A stretch of 62,860 bases of DNA, the filler included. It is 5 parts of 5 records of this genome, joined end to end, with 100 filler letters (N's around TTAATTAATTAA, not from the genome) between each part and the next. Parts side by side here need not be neighbours in the genome. Positions count along the whole stretch, not along the records: positions 1 to 27,838 come from SRR20825006_246; 4 more parts are not named here. One strand, given 5' to 3'. Position numbers and translations under genes: made by a program. Under the pieces are notes generated by a model. That model worked only from the letters and a program-made list of their open reading frames with translations, searched no databases and was not told the DNA's origin. Positions 10,015-18,726 of the stretch are shown here, one piece after another. How positions within the stretch are numbered: the first letter of the stretch is position 1; every line of letters begins with the position of its first letter.

Positions 10015-10989
10015 ATGAGTATGGCGTTTACGCGAGAGCGGCAGGTCCCCGCGAATGGGCTGGATTTCTTTGTGGCGGAGGCCGGTGAAGCCGGCGCCCC
10101 GCTGGTGCTGTGCCTGCATGGGTTCCCCGAATGCTGGGCATCCTGGCGATACCAACTGCCGGTGTTGGCGCAATCTGGTTATTACGCGGTGGCGCCGGAT
10201 CTGCGGGGGTATGGCTTTACCGGTGGCCCCAAAGAGGTAGATGCCTACCGGCAGAGTTTGCTGGTCGAGGATGTGATGGCGCTGATTCAGGCGCTGGGTT
10301 ATGAAAGCGCTATCTTGATGGGGCATGACTGGGGATGCGGTCTGGCCTGGCAGGTCGCACGGCAACATCCGGAAGCTATCAAGGCGGTGATTGGTATGTC
10401 GGTGCCCTATGGTGGGCCGGCTCCGGAACCGCCCACTGCGGCCATGCGCAAACTGTTTGAAGACCGTTTTTTCTACATGCTCTACTTCCAGCAGCCGGCC
10501 TTGCCGGAGCAGGAGCTGGAAGCCGATGTGGCCCATAGCTTGCGATGTATCTTCCATGGTTTGTCGGCGGATGGCATTGCGGATTTCAATGTGAAGCCGG
10601 ATGACACCGGTTTCCTTCAATCCATGCCGGTGCCGGAGGCTCAGCCGCGCTGGATGCGCGAGGAAGATCTGGCTTATTACGTGGAACGTTTTGAGCACAG
10701 TGGCTTTACCGGGCCAATCAACTGGTACCGTGGCATGGATGCGTCCTGGCAAGAAAGTCGTGACGACAGCAACTGGCAGATCACGATGCCGACCTTGTTT
10801 ATCGGGGGGTTGCAGGACCCGGTAATCATGTTTGGCCAGAAAGCGCTGCAGCGCATGCCGGATTATATTCCGGACCTGCGCACCGTGATGCTGGATCAGT
10901 GCGGTCACTGGATCCAGATGGAGCAGGCGGCCGAAGTGAATCGGGAAATCCTGGCGTTCCTGGAGGAGATTCAGGTCGATGGGGAATAG
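10015..10989 (+). CDS. Alpha/beta hydrolase, soluble epoxide hydrolase-like
   Basis: LHGFPE, APDLRGYG, GHDWG nucleophile motif, CGHWIQME. Confidence 0.92.
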   Translation: MSMAFTRERQVPANGLDFFVAEAGEAGAPLVLCLHGFPECWASWRYQLPVLAQSGYYAVAPDLRGYGFTGGPKEVDAYRQSLLVEDVMALIQALGYESAILMGHDWGCGLAWQVARQHPEAIKAVIGMSVPYGGPAPEPPTAAMRKLFEDRFFYMLYFQQPALPEQELEADVAHSLRCIFHGLSADGIADFNVKPDDTGFLQSMPVPEAQPRWMREEDLAYYVERFEHSGFTGPINWYRGMDASWQESRDDSNWQITMPTLFIGGLQDPVIMFGQKALQRMPDYIPDLRTVMLDQCGHWIQMEQAAEVNREILAFLEEIQVDGE

Positions 10990-11476
10990 CGTCAGCAATT
11001 TTGACAAGGTGGGAGTGTTTCATCGGGCCTTTTCCTTGCCGGTGGAACCGACGCCGATGGTGCCAGACGATGCCACTGTGCGTTTGCGGCTGGCCCTGTT
11101 GCTGGAGGAGTTTCATGAGCTGGCCGAAGCGACCTGCCAGGAGGCCAACGAGAATCAGCAGGCGTTTCTAGCGACTCTGGCCAAGGCCCGCGAGCAGCTG
11201 GAAACGCTGGACGGTTTTCGGGTGGACCTGGTGGAGGTGGCGGATGCGCTCACCGATATCAACTATGTCACCTACGGTGCCGGGCACACCTTTGGTATTG
11301 ACCTGAATGCCTGCTGCGAAGAAGTGCATCGCAGCAATATGAGCAAGCTGGGCGCTGATGGCAAGCCGGTGAAGGATGCACGCGGCAAGGTATTAAAGGG
11401 GCCTGATTATTCGCCGCCGGAACTGAAGGCGGTATTGGCGGCGCAGGACGAAGGTGGCGTGCGCAACGATCCGTAA
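10979..11476 (+). CDS. NTP pyrophosphohydrolase (MazG/PRA-PH-like)
   Basis: LLEEFHEL, EVADALTDINYVTYG, EVHRSNMSK, GKVLKGPDY. Confidence 0.9.
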   Translation: MGNSVSNFDKVGVFHRAFSLPVEPTPMVPDDATVRLRLALLLEEFHELAEATCQEANENQQAFLATLAKAREQLETLDGFRVDLVEVADALTDINYVTYGAGHTFGIDLNACCEEVHRSNMSKLGADGKPVKDARGKVLKGPDYSPPELKAVLAAQDEGGVRNDP

Positions 11477-11574
11477 TCCTGATCCATATCAAGGCGAGGT
11501 GGGGGCATGCGCGGCACTATGGCTGCGGGATTTGATCCCGCTGCGTATGCTTCCGGTTGTCTCCGGAAACAGTT

Positions 11575-11601
11575 AAGGCCCCGTTTTCGGGGCCTTTTTT
11601 T
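11575..11601 (+). terminator. Intrinsic terminator
   Basis: AAGGCCCCG-TTTT-CGGGGCCTTTTTTT. Confidence 0.85.
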
Positions 11602-11619
11602 GCTGTTCTGCGGTCGCAA

Positions 11620-11670
11620 CACGCTTCACGCAGCACGCTGTGATGCCAGGTGCGTGTCGCGTGAAGCGTC
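11620..11670. repeat. Inverted heptamer repeat hairpin
   Basis: CACGCTT CACGCAG CACGCTG ... GTGCGTG TCGCGTG AAGCGTC. Confidence 0.65.
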
Positions 11671-11675
11671 TCCCT

Positions 11676-13682
11676 TTACCAATGGATCCCTTTGAACAAC
11701 CGTGAGAAAGCGGCCTGTTCGCGGCGAATCTTCTTCGGTGTCCCTTCTTTGCCCCCCAGGGCGGCAGAGGAATCAGAGAATAGTTTGTACCCGGTATTCA
11801 TGATGGTTTCGGTGACCCTGGGGGTGATGAAGTGCATCACCTGTCCCATGACACCAAGATTGGTGGCGATGCGTTTGGGTTGACGCACAATGGCGTCGCA
11901 GATCATGTCCGCCGCCTGGGTGGGGCTGATGGTTGGCACGTGGTTGTAGATCTTGGTGGGCGCGATCATCGGTGTGCGCACCAGCGGCATGTTGATAGTA
12001 GTAAAACGAATTCCCTCGTGGGCCAGCTCGCTGGCGGCGCAACGGGTGAATGCATCCAGTGCGGCTTTGGACGCCACGTAGGCGGAAAAGCGGGGCGCAT
12101 TGGTGAGCACGCCGATGCTGGAAATATTGATCACGTGGCCGCTGCCATTCTCGATCATGCTGGGCATCAGTTGCATGATCAGCCGTAGGGCGCCGAAGTA
12201 ATTGAGTTGCATGGTGCGTTCGTAATCGTGGAAACGGTCAAACGCATGCACCACGGAACGGCGAATGGAGCGCCCGGCGTTGTTCACCAGAATATCCACA
12301 TGGCCATGGTCGGCAAGAACCTGTTGCACCAGGTTGTCCACGTCGGTCAGGTCGGAGACATCACAGCTATAGGCCTGTGCGGTGCCGCCCAGCTGGTCGA
12401 TCTCGTGCAGGGTTTCTTCCAGTTTTTCGGCAGTACGAGCAATAACCAGTACCGTGGCACCGGCGCGAGCCAGCTTCAGCGCGCTGGCCTTGCCGATGCC
12501 GGATGTGGCACCGGTGACCATGACGACTTTGCCTTCCACTCGTTCGGGCAAGGTGGGCAGCGGTTGCAATTCATCCTTGCGCTCGCCGCGGTCCGGGTCC
12601 AGGTGGTTTTCCCAGAAGTCCCACAGTTGCTGGATATAGCTTTCCAGCTCGGGGGCCGCGATGCCGGTGCCTTCCAGGGCCGCTTTGGCGCGGCTGTTGT
12701 CGTACTCGGTGGGGAAGGTGAGGAACTTCATGGCCGAGGGCGGAATGTCCAGATTGTCCAGGGCGGCATTGACCAGCAGGTTGGGGGTCATGGCACTGAC
12801 GCCTTTGCGAACAAAGCCGGGCACGACGTCGAATAGCCGGTTTTCCAGCTTCAGGGCCATGCGCGGGGCCTGGGCTGCACCGGCGATAATGTCCATGATT
12901 TCGCCCAGGCTGTAGCTGCGGTCTGCGGTCAGGTGGAAGCATTGGCCGTCGTGGTCAGGCTGGCGGGCAATGTGATCCAGGGCATCCGCCACGAAATCCA
13001 CCGGCACCACGTTGAAGTGGCCGCCCTCCACACCGATCAGAGGCACCCAGTTGGGCAGCACGTCTTTCAGCTTCTGGATGAACTTGAACAGGTAGTAGGG
13101 ACCGTCCACCTTGTCCATGGCGCCGGTTTCGGAGTGGCCGACGACCATGGCAGGGCGGTAGATACGCCAGGGGATTTTGCTTTCCTGGCGCACCAGCGCT
13201 TCGGATTCGTGCTTGGTCAGCAGGTAGGCGTCATCCAGCCCGGTGGCTTCCTCGAACATGTCTTCGCTAAAGGTGCCGTCGTAAAGGCCGGCGGCGGCGA
13301 TGGAAGAGACATGATGAAAGTGACCGGCCTGAATTTTTTCAGCCAGTTTCAGCGTTTGTCGCGTGCCTTCGATGTTGGTGTAGCGCTGGGTGTTTTCATC
13401 GGCGGTGAGATCATAAATGGCGGCCAGATGGAAGAAATGATCGATTTGTCCGTTCAGGTCATCCTGATCACGCTTGCTCACGCCCAGCAGCTTTTCGTTG
13501 ATGTCGCCATGAATGGCCACCAAACGGTCGGCATCCACACCAAGCCGGCTGCGCAGGGCATCCAGCTTGTACTCGGAGCCACAGCGAACCAGGGCAAAAA
13601 CACGCGCATCGTCGCGTTTCAACAGGCGGCCAACCAGAAAACGGCCGATAAACCCGGTGGCACCGGTAACGAAATAGTTCAT
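11676..13682 (-). CDS. Two-domain fatty acyl-CoA reductase (SDR fusion, wax-ester pathway type)
   Basis: N-terminal MNYFVTGATGFIG extended SDR plus C-terminal VTGATSGIG, NNAGRSIRR, YVASKAALD; start corrected to ATG 13682. Confidence 0.88.
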   Translation of the reverse strand: MNYFVTGATGFIGRFLVGRLLKRDDARVFALVRCGSEYKLDALRSRLGVDADRLVAIHGDINEKLLGVSKRDQDDLNGQIDHFFHLAAIYDLTADENTQRYTNIEGTRQTLKLAEKIQAGHFHHVSSIAAAGLYDGTFSEDMFEEATGLDDAYLLTKHESEALVRQESKIPWRIYRPAMVVGHSETGAMDKVDGPYYLFKFIQKLKDVLPNWVPLIGVEGGHFNVVPVDFVADALDHIARQPDHDGQCFHLTADRSYSLGEIMDIIAGAAQAPRMALKLENRLFDVVPGFVRKGVSAMTPNLLVNAALDNLDIPPSAMKFLTFPTEYDNSRAKAALEGTGIAAPELESYIQQLWDFWENHLDPDRGERKDELQPLPTLPERVEGKVVMVTGATSGIGKASALKLARAGATVLVIARTAEKLEETLHEIDQLGGTAQAYSCDVSDLTDVDNLVQQVLADHGHVDILVNNAGRSIRRSVVHAFDRFHDYERTMQLNYFGALRLIMQLMPSMIENGSGHVINISSIGVLTNAPRFSAYVASKAALDAFTRCAASELAHEGIRFTTINMPLVRTPMIAPTKIYNHVPTISPTQAADMICDAIVRQPKRIATNLGVMGQVMHFITPRVTETIMNTGYKLFSDSSAALGGKEGTPKKIRREQAAFSRLFKGIHW

Positions 13683-13784
13683 TGCTTTCCCCTTGTGCTT
13701 CCTTGCTGCCTGCTCGGGCAGGCAGGTTGTGTTGTAGCGCTGTCTGATCATGCGCCGTGATCAGGCCGTGTGCCAAATCTTCGG

Positions 13785-13907
13785 CCTTACATTTGTAAGG
13801 TGAATTCTCTTCCAGCTAACAAGTGTTTGTCAAAGATTGTTTTGTAACCGCTGTTCTGTTGCGCTATGGCCGTCGTTTATGGGATTATTTAACTAACATT
13901 CGTTAGT
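13785..13907. promoter_or_regulatory. Three palindromic TetR(FabR/DesT)-type operator candidates
   Basis: CCTTACATTTGTAAGG (13785), AGCTAACAAGTGTTTGTC (13814), ACTAACATTCGTTAGT (13892) in the divergent intergenic region. Confidence 0.55.
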
Positions 13908-13916
13908 GATACTGTT

Positions 13917-14549
13917 ATGGCTGAAACAGCGCGACAGCGCCAGAAACGGCAAACCCGGGAGCGGATTCTGGAATCCGCCCGACATTTGATGGCGGGGGGG
14001 CGTGGCCTGGACAGCCTGGGCCTGCGAGAGGTGGCCCGGGAAGCCAGTCTGGCAGCCACGTCCCTGTATAACCATTTCCCGGATATGGAGGCGCTGGGGC
14101 TGGCGCTGATCGATTCCTGCTGTTTTCGGCTGCGCTCTGCCATGGAATACGAGCGGCGCAGCATGATTGAGATCGGTGCGGCCCAGGCAGTGCAGGAGCT
14201 GGTCGGACGGTTTTCCCGTTACATCGCAGAGAACGGCAATGATTTTCGCCTGCTGGTGCAGCAGCGTCTGGGTAGCCATGACCGCTACCGGTTGAGAATT
14301 CAGCGCGAATTACAGTTGCTGGTGGACGAGCTGGCCGAAGACGTGCGACAGGCCGTGGCCAGCCAGGGGCGTGCCCAGGTGCCAGCGGAACAGGAAGCGC
14401 AAGCGGCCATTGCGATCATGTTCGGCGCCGGCATTTCCATGCTAGATAGCAGCCCTGCTGCACGCCGTGTGCTGGCCGATCATGCCTGCCTGCAGCTGGA
14501 AATGATGGCATTGGGCGGCAGGCAGATGGCAGTAGGTAATCGGCTATGA
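13917..14549 (+). CDS. TetR-family regulator, FabR/DesT-like
   Basis: RQRQKRQTRERILESA...LGLREVAREASLAATSLYNHFPDMEALGLALID. Confidence 0.9.
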   Translation: MAETARQRQKRQTRERILESARHLMAGGRGLDSLGLREVAREASLAATSLYNHFPDMEALGLALIDSCCFRLRSAMEYERRSMIEIGAAQAVQELVGRFSRYIAENGNDFRLLVQQRLGSHDRYRLRIQRELQLLVDELAEDVRQAVASQGRAQVPAEQEAQAAIAIMFGAGISMLDSSPAARRVLADHACLQLEMMALGGRQMAVGNRL

Positions 14550-14664
14550 AATGGCGGTTTGTGACGTGATTCGTGGGTTTGTGCCGCAAAATGCACTAAA
14601 AAGGGTCGCTAACTCAGCAACGTTAATACCGCAACGTTGCCGCCGATTGCCACAGGAGGTGGCG

Positions 14665-14994
14665 ATGCCTTTCGATCCCAAGGACCCGTACGACGCCGCT
14701 GCACTGTATGACATGTGGCTCAATTGCAGCCGTTGTCCTGCCACCTTTGATTTTGAACCCGGTGGTGAAGTAAATCTGGATTATTACCACCGTATCGGTC
14801 AGCAGGCTCGGCTTGATAAGTGGGCGGTGCTGCCGGCCCGCAATCACGGTGATGAACTGGTGTTCAACGTGCTTTGTCCTGACTGTGCCCGGCGCTTTGG
14901 GGTGGATGGCTGCGACGGCCGCATGGAGCTGGCGGCACCGGTGATTGATCAAATCTGCCAGGCCATGCGTGACGCGTCCGAACAAGCGGCCTGA
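14665..14994 (+). CDS. Hypothetical protein with two CxxC pairs (putative Zn-binding)
   Basis: RBS AGGAGGT before ATG 14665; CSRC and CPDC. Confidence 0.75.
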   Translation: MPFDPKDPYDAAALYDMWLNCSRCPATFDFEPGGEVNLDYYHRIGQQARLDKWAVLPARNHGDELVFNVLCPDCARRFGVDGCDGRMELAAPVIDQICQAMRDASEQAA

Positions 14995-15062
14995 TCGCTA
15001 CGGTCATCGTGTCTGTCCTCTTGCCCCGGTAGACTCGGAGCGAGTTTTGACAGGAGCCCCTG

Positions 15063-15746
15063 ATGACCGCCCACGATATTTCCCTGGCTGATGCCATGAT
15101 CCAGCGCCGCTCGGTACGCGGCTTTACCGATAAACCGGTGCCCAGCGAGGTGCTGGACGCGGTATTCTCACTCGCCCAGCACTCCCCCTCCAACTGCAAT
15201 ATCCAGCCCTGGAAAGTGTGGGTGGCTTCCGGTGCCGTGCGTGATGCGCTGCGCGAGCGCATGGTGGAGAAGGTTACCCAGGGCGTCCCTTTTGCTCCGG
15301 ATTACGACAGCCTGCCCCGTTTCGAGGGAGTGTACCGGGAGCGGCAGGTGGATTGCGCCATGGCGCTATACGGCAGTATGGGGATTGCCCGCGAAGACCG
15401 CCCCGGTCGCCAGCGTGCAGAGCTGCGTAATTTCCAGTTGTTTGATGCACCCCATGTGGCGTTTATCGGCATGGAGCGGGACTTCGGTGTCACCGTGGGT
15501 CTGGATGTGGGCATGTATGTGCAGTCATTGCTGCTGTCGATGAGTGCCTATGGGTTGGGCGCCTGTGCCCAGGGGAGCATGCGTTATTATCCCGACGATG
15601 TGCGGGAAATGCTGGGGATTCCGTCCAGCACGGCCATCGTGTTGGGGATCAGCTTTGGGTACGAGGACCCGGATGTCGCGGCGAACAGGGCTCGCGTAGA
15701 TCGGGTGCCGGTCTCCGACTCAGTGCAGTTTTGCGATAGCGTGTAG
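15063..15746 (+). CDS. Nitroreductase family protein
   Basis: RRSVRGF, SPSNCNIQPW, GISFGYED. Confidence 0.93.
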   Translation: MTAHDISLADAMIQRRSVRGFTDKPVPSEVLDAVFSLAQHSPSNCNIQPWKVWVASGAVRDALRERMVEKVTQGVPFAPDYDSLPRFEGVYRERQVDCAMALYGSMGIAREDRPGRQRAELRNFQLFDAPHVAFIGMERDFGVTVGLDVGMYVQSLLLSMSAYGLGACAQGSMRYYPDDVREMLGIPSSTAIVLGISFGYEDPDVAANRARVDRVPVSDSVQFCDSV

Positions 15747-15836
15747 CCGTCGGGGCCACGCGCTGAAGACAGGGAGGGCCGGCAGTCGCAGCGCGATTGT
15801 GCTACAATGGTCGTTTTCCCAGCGTAGTGACCCTCA

Positions 15837-16199
15837 ATGATCATAGTGAAAGGCTCCTTTCCCGTGAAAGAAGACGAACAGCCCCAGGCATTGGAGCTGG
15901 TGCAGGCGCTTGCCAGTGCGTCGCGGGGAGAGGGAGGGTGTCTGGCCTATGAGGTCTATCTGCAGGCGGATGCGCCCAGGGTGATCATGGTGTGGCAGCA
16001 GTGGTCAAACCTGGATGCGCTGGAAATCCATTTTGGCTCCGAGCATGTGGACGCCTTTCTCGATGCCATTCCCGACATGATTGATGGCGATGTCACCTCG
16101 GCCCGTTTTGATGTGTTGAGCATGGATGGCGATCCCATTGTGGAGGATGTCAGCGAGATCGCCCCTGTGGTGCTGGCGGATAACATCATTCTGCATTGA
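15837..16199 (+). CDS. Antibiotic biosynthesis monooxygenase (ABM) family protein
   Basis: SRGEGGCLAYEV...WSNLDALEIHFGSEH. Confidence 0.88.
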   Translation: MIIVKGSFPVKEDEQPQALELVQALASASRGEGGCLAYEVYLQADAPRVIMVWQQWSNLDALEIHFGSEHVDAFLDAIPDMIDGDVTSARFDVLSMDGDPIVEDVSEIAPVVLADNIILH

Positions 16200-16387
16200 T
16201 GCACAGGACGAGCCGTTCTGTGCCCGTCTATTGATCCTTCTTCTTCGCTGATTTTTGGCATGCCGCCGTTTCCGGTCGGTGTTGTGTCGTGGTTGGCCAG
16301 TGTCTCCCGTCGTGCTCTGCGTTACTCTGTCTGGCTCAGGCAAGGTCCGGCTCTCGCTGTGCCTTGGCAAGGTTGTCAGGAGTGCCC

Positions 16388-17317
16388 ATGAAAACCCGTA
16401 TCGACTCCGTCGAAGACATTATTCGCAGCTTCTCCGAGCAGGGCTACATTTGCAGTGAGCGCATTGCGCTGGCGGTGTACCTGGCGGCGCAGCTGCATAA
16501 GCCTGTGCTGGTGGAAGGTCCGCCGGGCGTCGGTAAAACCGAGCTGGCCAAGGCTGCCGCCGCATTTCTGGAGGCGCCGCTGATCCGCTTGCAGTGCTAT
16601 GAAGGGCTGGATGAAAGCCGGGCGCTGTACGAGTGGAAGTACGGCAAGCAGTTGCTGTACACGCAACTGCTGCGTGACAAGCTCGGTGGCATGCTGGCCG
16701 ATACGGATAGTCTGGAAGCCAGCATGGATCGCCTGGGCGACCTGGGTGAGGCTTTCTACAGTGAAACCTTCCTGGAGCCGCGCCCCTTGTTGCATGCGTT
16801 GCGCAGTGAGGAACCGGCAGTATTGTTGATCGATGAGATCGACAAGGCGGATCAGGAGTTCGAGGCGTTTCTGCTGGAGCTGTTGTCAGATTTCCAGATT
16901 TCCATTCCCGAGCTGGGCACGGTCAAGGCTCGCCATCAGCCCCTGGTGTTGCTGACCAGTAACGACCAGCGTGAGCTGTCCGATGCGCTCAAACGCCGCT
17001 GCTTGCACTTGTATATCCCCTATCCCGAAGCCGAGCTGGAAGCAAATATCGTGGCGGCACGAGTGCCAGATCTGGATGCGCGTCTGCGTGATCAGTTGGT
17101 GGCGTTTATCCAGTACCTGCGCGAGCAGGACATGAAAAAATTGCCGGCCATTTCCGAAACCCTGGACTGGGCCCGGGCCCTGGTGTTGTTGCATGCGGAT
17201 TCGCTGGAGCAGGAATTGGTGGCGGATACGCTCAATCTGGTTTTGAAGACCGAGCAGGACGTGACGTTGGCGCGGGAATTGTTGCCTGCCTGGTTGCGCA
17301 AACTGGGCAAACGCTGA
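16388..17317 (+). CDS. MoxR/CoxD-like AAA+ ATPase
   Basis: EGPPGVGKT, RLQCYEGLDE, LLIDEIDKAD, ALKRRC; start corrected to ATG 16388. Confidence 0.93.
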   Translation: MKTRIDSVEDIIRSFSEQGYICSERIALAVYLAAQLHKPVLVEGPPGVGKTELAKAAAAFLEAPLIRLQCYEGLDESRALYEWKYGKQLLYTQLLRDKLGGMLADTDSLEASMDRLGDLGEAFYSETFLEPRPLLHALRSEEPAVLLIDEIDKADQEFEAFLLELLSDFQISIPELGTVKARHQPLVLLTSNDQRELSDALKRRCLHLYIPYPEAELEANIVAARVPDLDARLRDQLVAFIQYLREQDMKKLPAISETLDWARALVLLHADSLEQELVADTLNLVLKTEQDVTLARELLPAWLRKLGKR

Positions 17318-18690
17318 TGCCGGTTCGTCGCCTTTCAGAATTTGTGCAGGCGCTGCGTGGTGCGGGCTTGCGGATATCGCCGGATGAGGCCACCCAGGGC
17401 ATGGATGCGGCGGCGCTGGTGGGGTATCAAGGGCGGCAACGCTTCCATGATGCGTTGGCGATGACGCTGGTGAAGCGCGAAGAGGATCGCCCTGCATTTG
17501 AGGAAACCTTTGCACGTTTCTTTGCGGTGACGTCCGGCGTGGCGTCGGCCGGACCGCAAGACGGCGCCATGCCGGCGCCTGTAGAGGATGCGTGCGACCC
17601 GGCTGCGCAGGTGGATGACGGGCAGGCGGGGGATGGCGCAGAGAGCGATACTCCCGACCTGACGACACAAACCCCTGCCGAGCTGGACCAGCGGCTGGCC
17701 GAGGCCGCGGCACAAATGGATTTCACCCAGATGGAGGTGATTACCCAACAGGGCCTGTACACCCGTCGTTTGCTGATGAACATGGGCATGGGTGCGGTGG
17801 ACGACCGTATTCTGCAACTGGATCAGGGCGATGCGACGCGGCAGGCGCGGGCGGAAACACTGCGTCAGTGGCGGCGGGAGGTGCGTGAGCAGGCCGCCGA
17901 CCATGTGCGCCGCCAGTTTCTGCTGCACGGTGCCGGCAAGGGCCGGGCGTTGCGCGAGCAAACCATGCGCGCGGTGCCGTTCCGCCACTTGCGTGAATTC
18001 CAGGAAGTGAAAACCCTGGTGCGTCGCATGGCTCGACGCCTGGCCAGCCTGCACCAGCGGCGCATGAAAAAAAGTCGTCGCGGCATGCTGGATGCCCGGC
18101 GGACCCTGGTGGCCGGTATTCGTCACGATGGGGTTCCTGCCCGATTGCACTGGCGCCAGCGGCCTGTGCAGAAAAGCAGGGTGATGGTGATTTGTGATGT
18201 TTCCAGCTCGGTGAGTGATGCCGCCCGCTTTCTTCTCCAGTTTCTCTACGCCATGAATGATGTGCTGCCACGGGTGCGCAGCTTCGCGTTCGCATCACGG
18301 TTTGATGAAATCAGCGAGGATTTTCAGCGCTACAGCCCGGACGTGGCGGTGGGGCGGGTACTGGATCGGCTTTCCGGCAGTGGTACCGATTACGGTGAAA
18401 TGTTTGCGGATTTCTGGCGCCGTTGCGAGCGGGAGCTGGATAGCCACACCACCGTTATCATTCTCGGCGATGCCCGCAACAATTATCTCCCGGAAGGTGC
18501 GGAAGTGTTGCAGCAGATTCGTCGGCGGGTGAAGCAGGTCTGGTGGCTGAACCCGGAAGCTCGCTCTCGCTGGAACAGTGGCGATGCGGTGATGGATCGT
18601 TATTTGCCCCACTGCCGGCTGGCGCGCCAGTGTGCGTCGTTGGACGATCTTGAGCGGATTGTGGATTCGTTGCTCAAGGGGTTTAACTAG
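17317..18690 (+). CDS. VWA-domain CoxE-like protein
   Basis: MIDAS CDVSSSV, GTDYG, ILGDARNN, WLNPE; translationally coupled to the MoxR gene. Confidence 0.92.
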   Translation: MPVRRLSEFVQALRGAGLRISPDEATQGMDAAALVGYQGRQRFHDALAMTLVKREEDRPAFEETFARFFAVTSGVASAGPQDGAMPAPVEDACDPAAQVDDGQAGDGAESDTPDLTTQTPAELDQRLAEAAAQMDFTQMEVITQQGLYTRRLLMNMGMGAVDDRILQLDQGDATRQARAETLRQWRREVREQAADHVRRQFLLHGAGKGRALREQTMRAVPFRHLREFQEVKTLVRRMARRLASLHQRRMKKSRRGMLDARRTLVAGIRHDGVPARLHWRQRPVQKSRVMVICDVSSSVSDAARFLLQFLYAMNDVLPRVRSFAFASRFDEISEDFQRYSPDVAVGRVLDRLSGSGTDYGEMFADFWRRCERELDSHTTVIILGDARNNYLPEGAEVLQQIRRRVKQVWWLNPEARSRWNSGDAVMDRYLPHCRLARQCASLDDLERIVDSLLKGFN

Positions 18691-18726
18691 CAGGTTGCTA
18701 GCATAGTGTTATTCAGGGATTAGTCA

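Noticed and set aside
16388-18690. CO dehydrogenase (cox) cluster
   Set aside because: Only CoxD/CoxE-like chaperones are present with no coxLMS; stand-alone MoxR-VWA pairs are common.
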